DNA from: Diadema antillarum
Taxonomy: Eukaryota
Length of the DNA: 64,000 bases
Assembly: GCF_040938485.1 (NCBI RefSeq)
Contig: NW_027270955.1
Coordinates: 62,001-126,000 of the forward strand
Direction of reading: 5' to 3'
The notes beneath the pieces are model-generated. The model was not told where the DNA came from, did no database searches, and saw only the letters and a list, made by a program, of their open reading frames with translations. Of this stretch, positions 25,993 through 37,501 are shown in pieces (position 1 is the first letter of the stretch; the number at the start of each line of letters is the position of its first letter). Made by a program: the position numbers and the translations under genes.

Positions 25993-26700
25993 ACCCTAAA
26001 ACAAATAGGGGGGGGGGGGGGATGGGGGCTGAATCAACCCCCCTTCCAGACATTTTCCATGACTATTCCGCCGCGCAAAATTTTTTTGTTTACTGTCAAG
26101 TCTCGGGCATCTTATTATGACACCATTTTCACGAAAATGGGGCATACCGTTAGACACTGCACGACCTTAATATACAGACTGTAGGGCCTACAAGGTCTTG
26201 TACGTGCATACTTTGTACATGCTTGTCAGACCGAAAATGGCTCAAGAATATGATTAAATTTGTGTACAAAGTCTATGCAAATAGAGTTTTCTCGCCCTAT
26301 TCAAAAAGATGATTATTTTCACATTTATTGGCTGAAATCAATTTTTTGCATTTAAATATCATGCTTGTAATTGGTTTTGCCATAAAGTTTGCGAAAAAAC
26401 ACAAAATAAACATGAAATGTAAAACAGAAATACATAAGAATATATCATAAAACAATAGGGCCTACAATACATAAGAAATTAATTTTGATACCAGATTTTT
26501 TCAAAGTGCTTCATCAGTGTATATTGTTAGAAATCTTACAAAGAATGTTACCACCAAAAATTAGGATTCTAGGAGCTTTATTTTCTGATTTAGAGCAAAA
26601 TGTATGATTTGTATGCATATTGCAGATGAAGACAGCTAGCCAAAGTGTACTACTGGCATTTAATAATCAATTAATAAACCCAGCGCAAAAATCTAATGGA
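25993..26700. mobile_element. dispersed repeat beginning TTAA|CCCT (piggyBac-like, degenerate)
   Basis: Shares ATTCCGC..CGCG..A.ATTTT, GAC(C)GAAAA..GCTCAA and AAATACATAAGAAATT blocks with 51150-51720; the AAATACATAAGAAATT block recurs at ~40390. Confidence 0.55.
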
Positions 26701-27555
26701 AATGAATTTTTTTTTTTTGTTGTTTTTAGTTTGTCCTTCTAGGGGTGCTTCTTTCATTTCAACCTCAAAATAGTGTGTGCAGGAATTGTGATTGAATATT
26801 TCTGTCTTTGGAATATTACACGTGTATGTACCGTACCACTTACTGTACGTGCTGTCTCACAGTTCAGCGACTTGCTCATGAATCCAGTTGAAATCAAATT
26901 AATGCAATCTACAATGACTTACCTTGACCAGTATTTTTTCTACAAACCATGATATGCTCACTGCCAGTGCAGTACATTGTAGCTCGATCTTGCTCACCGG
27001 CTTGGTTGGATAAGGCAAATTAGTTTGTCAGCATATAGAAAGGTTTTTGAGATCGACTGACTGACCATCAAGCAAGAAAAGATATTTTTCTTTCTGTTTG
27101 ATGTGCATGTTTGTGTTTAACTATTTCATAACTCTTGATGTTGACCTTCTGAAGGTAAAGAGAGAGAGAGAGTGAGTGAATGAGAAATAATGGAAATTTA
27201 CAGTCAATCTTGCTAACCTGGCATACAGTGTAAGTTGAATAATCGCCTAAGTCGAAGGTCTTTTCAAGTCCTCTTTTTATATTCTATTGATTCTAATCCC
27301 TCATAAGTCAAATTAAAAGTTGAAGCTATTTTTTCAGTTCAAATAAATTTGACTTTTTAAATGCAAAGTTGACTTTGACAGAAAATGTACAAATGCTTGA
27401 GATCTGATGTCAGCAATTTATAGCTGTTTTGCTTTTCTAATAAAATGATATAATCCCCCCAAAGTTGCAAAGCCCCATTGGTTTCATTCAACCTGCATCA
27501 GAAATGGCCTTTTGTAATGTTGGATATCAAGAGGGAGGGAAGGTGCAAGTTTATT

Positions 27556-28960
27556 TTTTGCCTTCACCCGAAGGGTGCCGGAGGCACAATGTTTTCAGGT
27601 CGTCCGTCCGTCCGTCTGTACGTGCATTTGTCTCCATTTTTGTTTATATGCGATAACTTGAGTGATATTGAGTGGGATTTTGCCAAACTTGGTCCAAGTA
27701 CCCTTTTGGGCAATTACTTAATTATATTTTGGGCGAAATCTGCCAAAGGCCAAAGGTCAAGGTCTAATCATGAATTTGTACAAGTATCCGTTTACGTTTA
27801 CGCAATAACTCAAGAATGGATTACAGTGTAAGCAAATTTCACCAAACTTTGTCCAAAGATGACGTATGATTGGGCAATTCCTTGATTAGTTTTTGAGTGA
27901 AATTGGCCAGAGGTCAAAGGTCAAAAGTCAAGATGAAATCCTAAAATTTAATCCGTTTACGCGATAAACTCAAGACTGGATGAAGCAAATTTCACCAAAT
28001 TTGGTCCGATGATGACCTACACATTGTATGATGGAGCAGTTTTAAAAGTAGTTTTTGAGCAAAATCGGCAAGAGGCCAAAGGACAAAGGTCAAGGTCATG
28101 GTCAAGTGCTCAAAAGGTCACTATTTTCCCTGTATCTTTGCAATGCCTGAAGGTGTTTTCCTGAAACTTACTGTCCAATAAAGATTCTCTAGTGAGAGTT
28201 TCTGACTGGTTATGAGGTCAAAGGTCAAGTGAAAATGCTAAAATTTCACTTTTTTCTCCATATATCGCAAATGGTTCAAGGTTTTTTCATAAAACATACA
28301 AATCCATGTACACTGTAGTACATCGAATATGCATGTACTGACTGGCAGTGATTACAACGTATCTAGGGGATTTGGGGTTCATGGGTCAAAGGTCAAGGGT
28401 CAAAGGTAGAGGTCAACTCCTCAAGATTTCATTTTTTCCTCATAATTCATGCAATGTCGGCAGGATTTTTCTTGAATCGAGTTGGATGCGTATTACCGGT
28501 ACTCAATAGAGATTCTCTGGGAAGTTTTTGGCCAAAAAAGGTCAAAGGTCAGTGAAAGTGCTAAATTTTCACGTCTTCCATATCTCGGAAGTGGCTCAGG
28601 TTATCATTATGAAAGTATGCCTTATTTATGCAAGATTCTGTTTTGTTTTGTTTTTAAATAGGGTCATACAATTTTGTAGGGTCAAAGGTCAAGGGTGAAA
28701 GGCCAAGTTAAAATGCTAACAATTTACTATTTAATACAGAAATTACACTTTTTCTCCACACCTTAAAAATTACTCAATGCATGAACTCATAGACAATGTA
28801 AAAGAGTCAAAAGTCAAATAAAAGTCCTCAAATCCCCATACATGCTCTCTTTTACAAAATGTGGCCATTCATTCAATTAAACCTAGTTCATAAGGAAAGT
28901 GAAAACTGAACACATTATGGTAAACATGTCAGTTTAATATTTTGCCAATAAAAGGTAGGC
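27556..28960. mobile_element. Helentron-associated (HINE-like) element with internal tandem subunits rich in AGGTCA
   Basis: T-run, hairpin TGCCTTC..GGAGGCA (27559-27586), (GTCC)n at ~27599-27618, then ~150-bp subunits each containing GGTCAAAGGTCAA, and a subterminal AAGGTAGGC at ~28952. Confidence 0.65.
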
Positions 28961-28972
28961 CTATTGATCTAC

Positions 28973-29153
28973 AGTCAACCTTGCTTAAGTTGACCTCGCA
29001 TTCAAAAGTCTGATAATTACCAAAGTCAGAGGTCTTTTGAAGGTTTTTTTCTCTTCATATTCTATTGAGATTTTAATCCCTCAATAAGTCAAATTTTCTC
29101 TGAATCAAAATTTCTTCAGTTCAATGTAGATTCGATTTAAAGGTGAGGTTGAC
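28973..29153. mobile_element. small TA-flanked MITE with CAGTCAA termini
   Basis: TA|CAGTCAACCTTGCTTAAG ... GAGGTTGAC. A sister copy lies at ~27202-27380 and a fragment at ~36590-36668. Confidence 0.65.
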
Positions 29154-29155
29154 TA

Positions 29156-30111
29156 CAGTGGAAACTCGATATAACGAGATGGTCGGGACCGAGTCGTTTT
29201 CCTCGTTATAGCCGATATCTCGTTATATCAGTAGGCATAAAAGAAAGCATAACATAAAGACATGAATTTGCACATGTGGGACTACCCATCATATTTCAAT
29301 CAATACTGATAACTTGATATTGCGTGTGAGGGAATTACTCACCTTTATGGGTAAGAAGATGTTTTTCGCCAATGAAATCCAATATCAAGAATATGTTTCT
29401 TATTAATTGTAGGTGTTTGAATTTGTAAATTTATATCGCCTAGCTTGCGATTGTGTCAAGATCGTCTGTGGATTGGTACACGTGTATGTGGTTATGGTAT
29501 GGGTGTGTGTTGTGTGGAAAGATTGAATTATGGTCTGCACAATGTTGTGTGAGTATGTGACACATTCTGTATGTACTGTACATAATGACTGCGTGTGTGT
29601 GAAGATGGGGATTTCCCTACGTAGAAAGCCAATCACAGCATCAGATTGCCTCACACCTGCTAAACGTCATGATGATGTCATGTATAATATACATATGGCC
29701 GTCCCACCACATTTTCTGCATGTATCATTGTGCGCGCACACACACACTTACAGGTAAAACATGCAGTGCTAGCTGGAGTGCACTGAAGAAAATAAGTATA
29801 GTATGTGTGTACAAGCCAATTTTTGGCGCATCGAGCTTTACAATCTCGGAAGATGATCGCACAGGCGACCTAAAGCTTTACCGAAGACATTTTGCTTTAC
29901 CTCGTTATAACAGGTTTGATTGGCTATGTTTTTCTTTGTTTGGAAGTCACAAAATTTATCTCGTTATAGCAGTTATTTCGTTATAGCCGATCTCGCTATA
30001 AGAGTAGCATTTTACATAGACTTGTGTGGAAGGGAAATTGGGACCGGGAAAATTTTCTCGTAATAGCCGATATCTCGTTATAGCAGTGTTCGTTATACCG
30101 AGTTTCCCCTG
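29156..30111. mobile_element. pogo/Tigger-like non-autonomous element, 956 bp
   Basis: TA|CAGTGGAAACTCGATATAACGA ... TCGTTATACCGAGTTTCCCCTG|TA with subterminal CTCGTTATAGC repeats and no transposase ORF. Confidence 0.85.
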
Positions 30112-30681
30112 TATATTTACCTCAGTGAGACTTTCAGGCAAAGGCACCATAAGATTTCAAGGGGAAAGTGCCAATTTATACCAATTGCCTCTCAATGTTC
30201 ATATGTCTTGGTTTACTCTCTATGTGCCCACATTCTTTGCTGAACTTGGCAAGCTTTTTCATACAGTGCACTCAGTAGTCCACTGACATACACTGTACAT
30301 GTACCTACAGTATACTGTAGTTGTACAGTTGCTGTGCCCACTCAGGTGCAGAAATGTACCACAATCCAGCAGGAAGGCCATGGTGACTTAGGAGTAAGGG
30401 GATTAGGGTAGGAGATCTCTGTTCCATGGTAAAATGTGAGTTTTTATCTTTAGACATTTGTGCCAGTCAGCCAAGAGAGCACTCCAGAGGCATGGCAATT
30501 GGTTAACAAGCACAGTAAGGCTAAATCAATGAAAAGCACATTGAGGGCTAATCATGCAAGTGGATATGAGTCTGTTGCACCCGACCGTGTACATTGCACT
30601 GTGTATCCTACAACTATTACGCCGCACATGAATGACAAGTTCCTTATTTTTCATGTGCAATTCATCCAGCAGGTCCATGCC

Positions 30682-31020
30682 ATGGCGTCGTCTCCGCAAT
30701 ATGACCACCTCGCTTCTCCACTGACCAACGGAGATGCCTCCCATGGCAATACAACAGGGAACCCTCCAGTCCAGCGTCAGCAGGGTGGGGGAAAGGCGTA
30801 TGGAAGCGGGCCGCCCAACAAGAAAAGCCTCGAAAACACGGTCATCTCCATCTTCCGCAAGAACAAGCTCATGCGGGTGGTAATGGGGGAAGACGTTCCT
30901 TTCATGTGTGCACGCTGTGGACTGGCCTTCACTCACACCGAACCCCTGAGGGAGCATGCCCGTGTCCACCATTTCTACGTCGAGCCGAGCGTCATGTTAC
31001 GTGATGGACAATGTCCACAG
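30682..31020 (+). CDS. C2H2 zinc-finger protein ZNF-A, first coding exon (one isolated finger)
   Basis: Acceptor TTCATCCAG|CAG, then GCCATGG Kozak ATG at 30682. MASSPQYD...PFMCARCGLAFTHTEPLREHARVHH...GQCPQ. Donor CAG|GTGACT, phase 0 (113 codons). Confidence 0.85.
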
Positions 31021-31196
31021 GTGACTTCTTGTTATGCAAGCTTTTTAAGTCGCAGTGCTTTAACTCTCACTAGGCTGGCATTTTTGGGGGTAAATGCTAA
31101 ATCTGCATTTTCACTGGCAAATAGTTGGAAAGGGTATTCCACAGCAAAGAGGAAACATTTCTAGTACTTATGATTACCACGCACAAGAGGCGTTAA

Positions 31197-31895
31197 AGAA
31201 CAAGTTCATCTTGATGTGGATTGAGTGGATGCAGTAATATAGCACATCAGTGAAAGTTTGAGGAAAATGTCACTTGTGATTTTTACAAATAATCTTTTTT
31301 TTTTTAATTTTTATGATTCCCCTGTCATTAAGCGTTGCCGGGGGCATTACATTTTTGGGTTGTCAGTCTGTCCATTTGTCTGTTTGTATGTCCGCCCTCC
31401 TGTCCATCCATAAAAAATATTGTGGACAGATTAGCTATTCAAAAATTCAGCTATTTTTTGCCAATTACGTGAAACTGTGGTCACACATTGTCAAGATATA
31501 CAAAATGTACTATAGACCTATTGGGAGAATCATGCATTTTGATGCAGGCATACCAGTTGCCCTAGCAACATTTCATATTTTCCCCCGACTTATTAGTGAC
31601 ATTTGTTAAGGGTGATTTTATCCCCCTTCCTTCTAAAAGAGGCAAGTCAAGTGTTATTTTATAATGAGAGGAAATTTACGATGTGTACACGTTGAATTTT
31701 CTTCATATCGTTCAAATGCATGTGACATTACAAACTGTAGTATCCCTCTCAACCAGCGATGGTATCTTTGAAACATCCAAAAATTGTAACTTTTGAACAG
31801 ATTGTTCAATTTTGCTCACCGTTTCACTGATGCATAGTACTAGAATGACTGCATTCACTCTCATAATTAATCCACACATTTTGTTAAGGTGTCCT
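31197..31895. mobile_element. degenerate K1 MITE interrupted by a HINE-like insert (~31305-31605)
   Basis: TTAA|AGAACAAGTTCATC ... GTGTCCT|TTAA; the insert has a T-run, CCCC..GGGGG hairpin and a (CTGT/CCAT) microsatellite. Confidence 0.65.
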
Positions 31896-32148
31896 TTAAG
31901 ACCGTACTTCAGTGAGGTCCATACTATGTCTTTTATTACTCTCTTCTTTATGTTTAGAACCATACTTATTAATAGCTTTCAGCTGAGTCGCTTGCTAAAA
32001 ACCAGACATCAAAGTGAAAGAAATTTTTATGTAGAATATTTTGGATTTCTTTTTTTTTTGCTGATTGGTCTTAACATAATAGCCCGATAATAATGAAGAT
32101 CTCAAAACCACATGAAATGAGGTGCTAGGCAATCTAGTTCTTTGTAAA

Positions 32149-32375
32149 AGGGATGGTACAGTGTCAGTTGAGGTGGGGCATCAGGTTTTCAGTGTTTTTG
32201 ATAGAAGATGATTTTTTTTTTTTAGATAATGAGAAGCCTCATATGAAATATGAAAGGGTATAAAATTCCAAGAGGAATTCAAAGCTTATTTGATGAAAAT
32301 TATTTTGAAATGGCTGAGATATCGAAGTTTGATTTTACTTTGTTTTTCAATCTCATTTCAAATCTGATAATTTTA
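32149..32375. mobile_element. truncated K2 MITE abutting the ZNF-A terminal-exon acceptor
   Basis: AGGGATGGTACAG...TTGATGAAAAT..TTTTGAAATGGCTGAGATATC matches the K2 left half. Confidence 0.7.
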
Positions 32376-32403
32376 CTGATTGTACTCTACTATCTTCTTC
32401 CAG

Positions 32404-33816
32404 ATGATGATGAAGAGGATCTTCAAACCTTCCAAGACAAAGCAAACTGCAGCTGTGCAAAGAGAGACAAATGGTGATATGCGAGATGAACCACTGGTGA
32501 GAGAATCAGACAAGCAGGTGAACGGAGATTCCAAGCGTGGGACATCAGCCGGTGTAGAAAACGGCTCGCGAAGCACGCCGTCTACATCAACCCATGATGA
32601 TGATGACAGTGCAGGTTGCGTAAGCAGTGGGGATGACAGTATTTCCGACGACAGCGATGCGGGGGGAAAAGCAGAGAGTAGGGATTTCAAGTCTTTTAAA
32701 AATAAGACATCAATAACTGTAAGAGTTCCAAAACGTAGTCTGGATGACGAGCGCCCCAGTGAGCAGAACCACTCCAGTGAACAGAACCACTCTGGCCACG
32801 CCAGGAAGCGCAAGAAACGCGACAGAGGAGGCTATCCTTGCCGCTTTTGTGGAAAGGGTTTCAAACGTGCTTCTCAGCGCAGAACACATACGCAGGAAGT
32901 CCACAAGGTGTTCAACACCAAAGAGGAAGTTGTGGAGTTTCAGAAGAAGGTGCAAGAGTTGTCCACAGGGTCAGACGCTGGAGGCCAGAGTTCGCAAACC
33001 TTACGCCCTCTCAAGTGTCCGCACTGTCCGATCTACTTCACTTTTGAGTCGAGTTTGGAGCGACACATTCAGAGCCACTGTGGCACTCATGGCATCAAGT
33101 GTGATATTTGTAAAGAGGGGATCCGGCTCTGGAATGAGGGGAAGAACCTTGAAATTAGTGGTCTCTTGAAGAAGTACAAAGCTGAACTTGCAGAGCAGGT
33201 AACAAGGGAGGGCCAAGAATTGCCTGGGGAATTGGAATCTGATCTGCTACCAAAAGCTGTAGACGACTCTTCGGTGGAAGAAGGAAAGGCAGGTGCAGAG
33301 GCAAGTAATACGAGCAATGGCACCGAGGCAAGTAATATGAACAATGGCATAGAGACGAGAAATCAAGAAATCCTGCGCCTCTCATTGGAGAAGGCTGGAA
33401 GATTAAGTGGAAATGCTTGCATCATTGACTGCATTGAGTGTGGCGAGAGATTCTACTTGCGCCACCACCTCTGCAACCACTACAAGACCCACAAAATCTT
33501 CAACTGCAAGAGCTGTCCTGAGTCCTTTCCCACCATGATTGCCCTTGGTGATCACTATGCCAAGGTTCATAAGGAGGGATTTGTCCAATGCTTCTTTTGC
33601 CCGATGCGTTTCTTCTCTCCTGGCAAGAGCACGTACCACATGCTAGGTCATCTCGGCATCTTTCAGTGCATTTGCTGTGGCTTTACCTGTATGTCAAAGC
33701 AGTCACTGGAAAAGCACATTGAATCCCATTCTTTTGAGGAAGATCATGCAAAGCCTCCTGAAGCACCTGTAGGCATTCAGTACTCTTCCCTCAAACCCTT
33801 TCCTTGTAACTGGTAA
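32404..33816 (+). CDS. ZNF-A terminal exon, 5' part (6 C2H2 fingers), ends at a premature TAA
   Basis: Acceptor TCTTCTTCCAG|ATG in phase 0 with the previous exon. Fingers include CRFCGKGFKRASQRRTHTQEVH, CPHCPIYF..H and a four-finger cluster from CIECGERF to HIESH. Confidence 0.88.
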   Translation: MMMKRIFKPSKTKQTAAVQRETNGDMRDEPLVRESDKQVNGDSKRGTSAGVENGSRSTPSTSTHDDDDSAGCVSSGDDSISDDSDAGGKAESRDFKSFKNKTSITVRVPKRSLDDERPSEQNHSSEQNHSGHARKRKKRDRGGYPCRFCGKGFKRASQRRTHTQEVHKVFNTKEEVVEFQKKVQELSTGSDAGGQSSQTLRPLKCPHCPIYFTFESSLERHIQSHCGTHGIKCDICKEGIRLWNEGKNLEISGLLKKYKAELAEQVTREGQELPGELESDLLPKAVDDSSVEEGKAGAEASNTSNGTEASNMNNGIETRNQEILRLSLEKAGRLSGNACIIDCIECGERFYLRHHLCNHYKTHKIFNCKSCPESFPTMIALGDHYAKVHKEGFVQCFFCPMRFFSPGKSTYHMLGHLGIFQCICCGFTCMSKQSLEKHIESHSFEEDHAKPPEAPVGIQYSSLKPFPCNW

Positions 33817-34871
33817 AGGACGAAAAAGCACTGCCCCATCTTGAAAGAAGCCAAGTCAAGGGGCCGAGTCTGCCACGAGCTTCATGTAAGCATTGCCATA
33901 GAACCTTCGGTCGAGTCGGCAACTTGAAGAAGCATGTTTTATTTTCACATCCTAGTGAAGCTTCGCCCGAAGACGTTGACAACTCATTCATATGCGACCA
34001 GTGCGGAGAGCTCTTTCTCTCATTGCACAGCCTTATAATTCACCAAGAAGTCCACAAGGATAGAAAAATTTGCTGCACCAAGGGTGGTTGCTATGCCAAG
34101 TTCAGATCAGACCGTGGCCTGCAGTTACACTTGCAGCAGCACAAAGAGGTCGCGTTTAAGGGGACCACATGCCGAAGTGTTAGGTGCATTACATGTGGAA
34201 AGAAGTTCAGAACGGAAAGAAACTTGGAGCGGCACATGCTACTGCACGAGGGCAAAAACCCTGACAAATGCCGTTTCTGCGATAAGATCATTCTGAACAC
34301 CACAGCGTTGTGGTACCATGAGCAGCAGGTGCACACAGACGAGAAAAACCATGAATGCCCCCACTGCAAGAAGCGATACGCCTGCCCAAGCACCCTTAAG
34401 GTCCATCTTTTGACCCACTCTGAGGACAAACCTTTTGTGTGTGAACATTGCGGTGTAGCCTTCAGTGATGTCTGGCGGCTGCGTGCCCACCTCCGAATCC
34501 ATACTAAGCCCTTCAAGTGCGAGCAGTGCGGTGAAGGGTTCGCTCAGAGAGGTGGTAGGCGCAACCACCTCCGCAGGGCCCATGGTGTCTATGAGCCGGT
34601 GACACGGAAGTACCAGGGATGCTCTTGGAGCAGAGTAAACGCTGACCAACAGGAGTCAACAGACATTGACCAGCACGAGTCCAGGGTCAGCTTTGGCCAG
34701 GGAGGGGAGGACCAGCAGGAGGAGATGGAGCACACAGAGTCTCTACAGCCCCCAGTCGACATTTTGGAAGCCAGGGGAACTGGAGAGAACAACACGACTT
34801 TGGGCGAATATGATGAGGCAACCAGCATCATGTTGCAGCTTGTTGAAGAGTGCAAGGTGCAGCAGCTATAA
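33810..34871 (+). CDS. ZNF-A terminal exon, 3' part in the -1 frame (8 C2H2 fingers)
   Basis: The frame is open from 33810 (LVKDEKALPH...SCKHCHRTFGRVGNLKKHVLFSH...HTKPFKCEQCGEGF..HLRRAH) to TAA 34869-34871 and overlaps the upstream frame by 7 nt. Confidence 0.85.
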   Translation: MVKDEKALPHLERSQVKGPSLPRASCKHCHRTFGRVGNLKKHVLFSHPSEASPEDVDNSFICDQCGELFLSLHSLIIHQEVHKDRKICCTKGGCYAKFRSDRGLQLHLQQHKEVAFKGTTCRSVRCITCGKKFRTERNLERHMLLHEGKNPDKCRFCDKIILNTTALWYHEQQVHTDEKNHECPHCKKRYACPSTLKVHLLTHSEDKPFVCEHCGVAFSDVWRLRAHLRIHTKPFKCEQCGEGFAQRGGRRNHLRRAHGVYEPVTRKYQGCSWSRVNADQQESTDIDQHESRVSFGQGGEDQQEEMEHTESLQPPVDILEARGTGENNTTLGEYDEATSIMLQLVEECKVQQL

Positions 34872-35146
34872 TGATAGTTTGCTCTGCTCCAGGCTGAGGA
34901 CATGTAGTGGGAGTAGCAATATCCCACATGAGTGCAATGATGGGCTAGGAAAATTCCAAGACTGTGCTGGGTGCTAATGTTTAACATTGTATGAAGTGGA
35001 ATTTTGCTCGAGATTCCTGCCATGAATGTCTTTGTGTACAAAAGTTTTTCTTGTGAGATGATGTAAAATGCTGTCATTGTATGAGAGGCCTAATAAGAGC
35101 CATCCTTGTGGCAGCTTCTGATGACCCCTCATATATAGGTCCGCTA

Positions 35147-35364
35147 CTGTAAACCCAGAAATTTTCACAGTACGTTAACTTTCGTGTATTTCGCGTTACT
35201 TCTGACTAGCGCGAATTCTAAAACCCACAAAAATATCATCCCAATTTTCTCTGCACATTGTGAACCTGTTGACACTTGCACAGCGTGAATTCAACAACCT
35301 GTGAAAATACTTTTGAGCCGCTCAGCGTGAAAAATTAAACCTGCGAAAATATTGACTTTTACAG
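35147..35364. mobile_element. TA-flanked CTGTAAA-family MITE
   Basis: TA|CTGTAAACCCAGAAAT ... ATTGACTTTTACAG|TA. Confidence 0.75.
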
Positions 35365-36096
35365 TATTAGGTCACACAAATAATGAACTAAATTTTGTAT
35401 ACATGTATAAAGAAGGTCATAATAAGGAATTTGTGTCCTGGACCTCCACTTAAGTGAGTATGACTTTGTCAAGCGGAGATGTAGATGCCAATTTGACCAA
35501 AAATATTTGTCACTCAACATTTGTCACTGTAAAAAGTAAAAGAAGATTTACTAGCAATTGAATGTAATGTGCTTTAATTAATACACCTGTATGAATATAC
35601 AATACATGTGAGTTTACTGGTACTATAGTATAACTATTATATGAAGAAATGAAAGTGCCACCACTTTCTTATTATTGAATAAATTACACTTTCACCGAAC
35701 CGTTCACAGTGACGGGCAACCCAACAGACTCATATTCAACGAAGTTGTCCATGTTTATGTCAATCTTTATCTGCTTTCTTCTGTCTTGATGGTAATTCAC
35801 AACAGCAGATTTTAATCTATTGTAACACGACATGGATTAACTGGCACCATCCACCCCCCCCCCCCCAAAAAAAAGAACACTGTAGAAACCCAGGTCATTA
35901 CATAAAATGTAAGATATGAATGATCCCTAAATACAGTTATAAAGAAATCTAATAGTCACAACAAAAGTACAAATATTCAAGCCCCAAAATTTCAGTACAC
36001 TGCATCATCTTTCTGTTTTTTAACGGGAGTAACCTGTACACATTCAGCTGGTACAAGCTCTTATGTAATAGCCACTGTACAGTTTTGCTTTCTTCA

Positions 36097-36479
36097 AGGG
36101 TGTGTACAGTTCTGGTCGAGATGAGGATTTAGCTTTTAACGTTTTGCGAGATATTCAGAAACCTCTCTATGAGATGTCAAAGAGCATGCAGTTCTAAGGG
36201 GTATCAAAGGTTTATTCGATGAAAATCGGTTTTGAAATGGCTGAGATATCCAAAAACAAGGTAAAACAAAGAGATACTAATAAAGTTGGGGCATGTCGCC
36301 TTTTATTATTAGCACTTTTTTGGATATCTCAGCCATTTGAAAACCAATTTTCATCAAATAAACGTTGAATCCTTCTGTAAATTACGTGCTCTTTCATATT
36401 TCATAAGAGGCTTTTCATTATCTCCATTAGGAATGTTCAAAACATGAATCCCCACCTCAACCAGTACTGTACAGTCCCT
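36097..36479. mobile_element. K2 MITE, 383 bp
   Basis: TTCA|AGGGTGTGTACAG ... CTGTACAGTCCCT|TTAA; opposite orientation to the copy at 3849. Confidence 0.88.
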
Positions 36480-36672
36480 TTAATTATTGTGGCACCAGGT
36501 TTGTTTAGGTGAATTGATAGCATACCCCCCCCCCCCCCCCCATATTGAAAAGGAGTACTTTTCATACCCCATGTAGTTGTTAGCCGCTCAATAAGATATC
36601 ACAATCAACTGCCTAAAAGTTGAAGTTCTATTAGTCAAATAATCACCTAAGTTGAATTAGGTAATCGCTTAA

Positions 36673-37055
36673 AGGGTGTGTACAGTTTTGGTCGAGGTGA
36701 AGATTTAGCTTTTAACGTTTTGTGAGATATTCAGAAACCACTCTATGAGATGTCAAAGAGCATGCAGTTCTAAGGGGTATCAAAAGTTCATTCGATGAAA
36801 ATCGGTTTTGAAATGGCTGAGATATCCAAAAACAAAGTGAAACAAAGAGATACTAATAAAGTTGGGGCATGTCGCCTTTTATTATTAGCACTTTTTTGGA
36901 TATCTCAGCCATTTGAAAATCAATTTTCATCAAATAAACGTTTAATCCATCTTAAAATTACATGCTCTTTCATATTTCATAAGAGGCTTTTCATTATCTC
37001 ACTTAGGAATGTTCAAAACATGAATCCCTACCTCATCCAGTACTGTACAGTCCCT
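36673..37055. mobile_element. K2 MITE, 383 bp, near-identical to 36097-36479
   Basis: TTAA|AGGGTGTGTACAG ... CTGTACAGTCCCT|TTAA. Confidence 0.9.
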
Positions 37056-37332
37056 TTAAGGTCACTGTATAAACGGGCTCACATTCCTATATTTTCTTTT
37101 AGTTTTTACCCCTCCTAAGTCGACATGTATTGTAATGTGACTTTTTTGTTTGTTGGAAAAACATGTGTTTCTTGTTTTGCTTCGTTTTTAGTTTCTTATT
37201 TGGTCTATTTTTTGTAAGGCGTGAGTAAAAAAAAAAGCTTACCAGTCATGTGCGCGTGAAAAACACCCCCAAGGGGTGAATCTCGTGTCTGGTAATTATA
37301 TGAGACTTGGTAGGTCCGTGATAAAGCATATA

Positions 37333-37501
37333 CAGTGCACTCCCGTTATGATGAACACGGTTATAACAAAGTAAAAATTCAGGTCACAACATTATCCACT
37401 CTATGTATTTTTATTGTTTATTTGTTCGGTTATAACAAATTTTTGATATAGCGAAAGAAAACTGCTGGTCCCGAGGACTTCGTTTTAATGGGAGGCCACT
37501 G
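37333..37501. mobile_element. short pogo/Tigger-like MITE
   Basis: TA|CAGTGCACTCCCGTTATG ... AATGGGAGGCCACTG|TA; a sister fragment lies at 41158-41365. Confidence 0.75.

Noticed and set aside
32404-32477. Alternative acidic reading DDDEEDLQTFQDK at the start of the ZNF-A terminal exon
   Set aside because: It needs a phase-1 donor and stops after 24 codons. The upstream donor is phase 0 and joins the long open frame.
33790-33816. Programmed -1 ribosomal frameshift in ZNF-A
   Set aside because: AAA CCC TTT C is in the wrong phase for an X XXY YYZ site, and the -1 frame has TAA at 33807-33809. The slip would have to happen in 33810-33813, where there is no slippery run.
33813-33901. Small intron from CTG|GTAAAG rescuing the ZNF-A frame
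   Set aside because: In-phase AGs give introns of only 35-56 nt with no pyrimidine tract. The 89-nt option creates TGA and destroys a finger.
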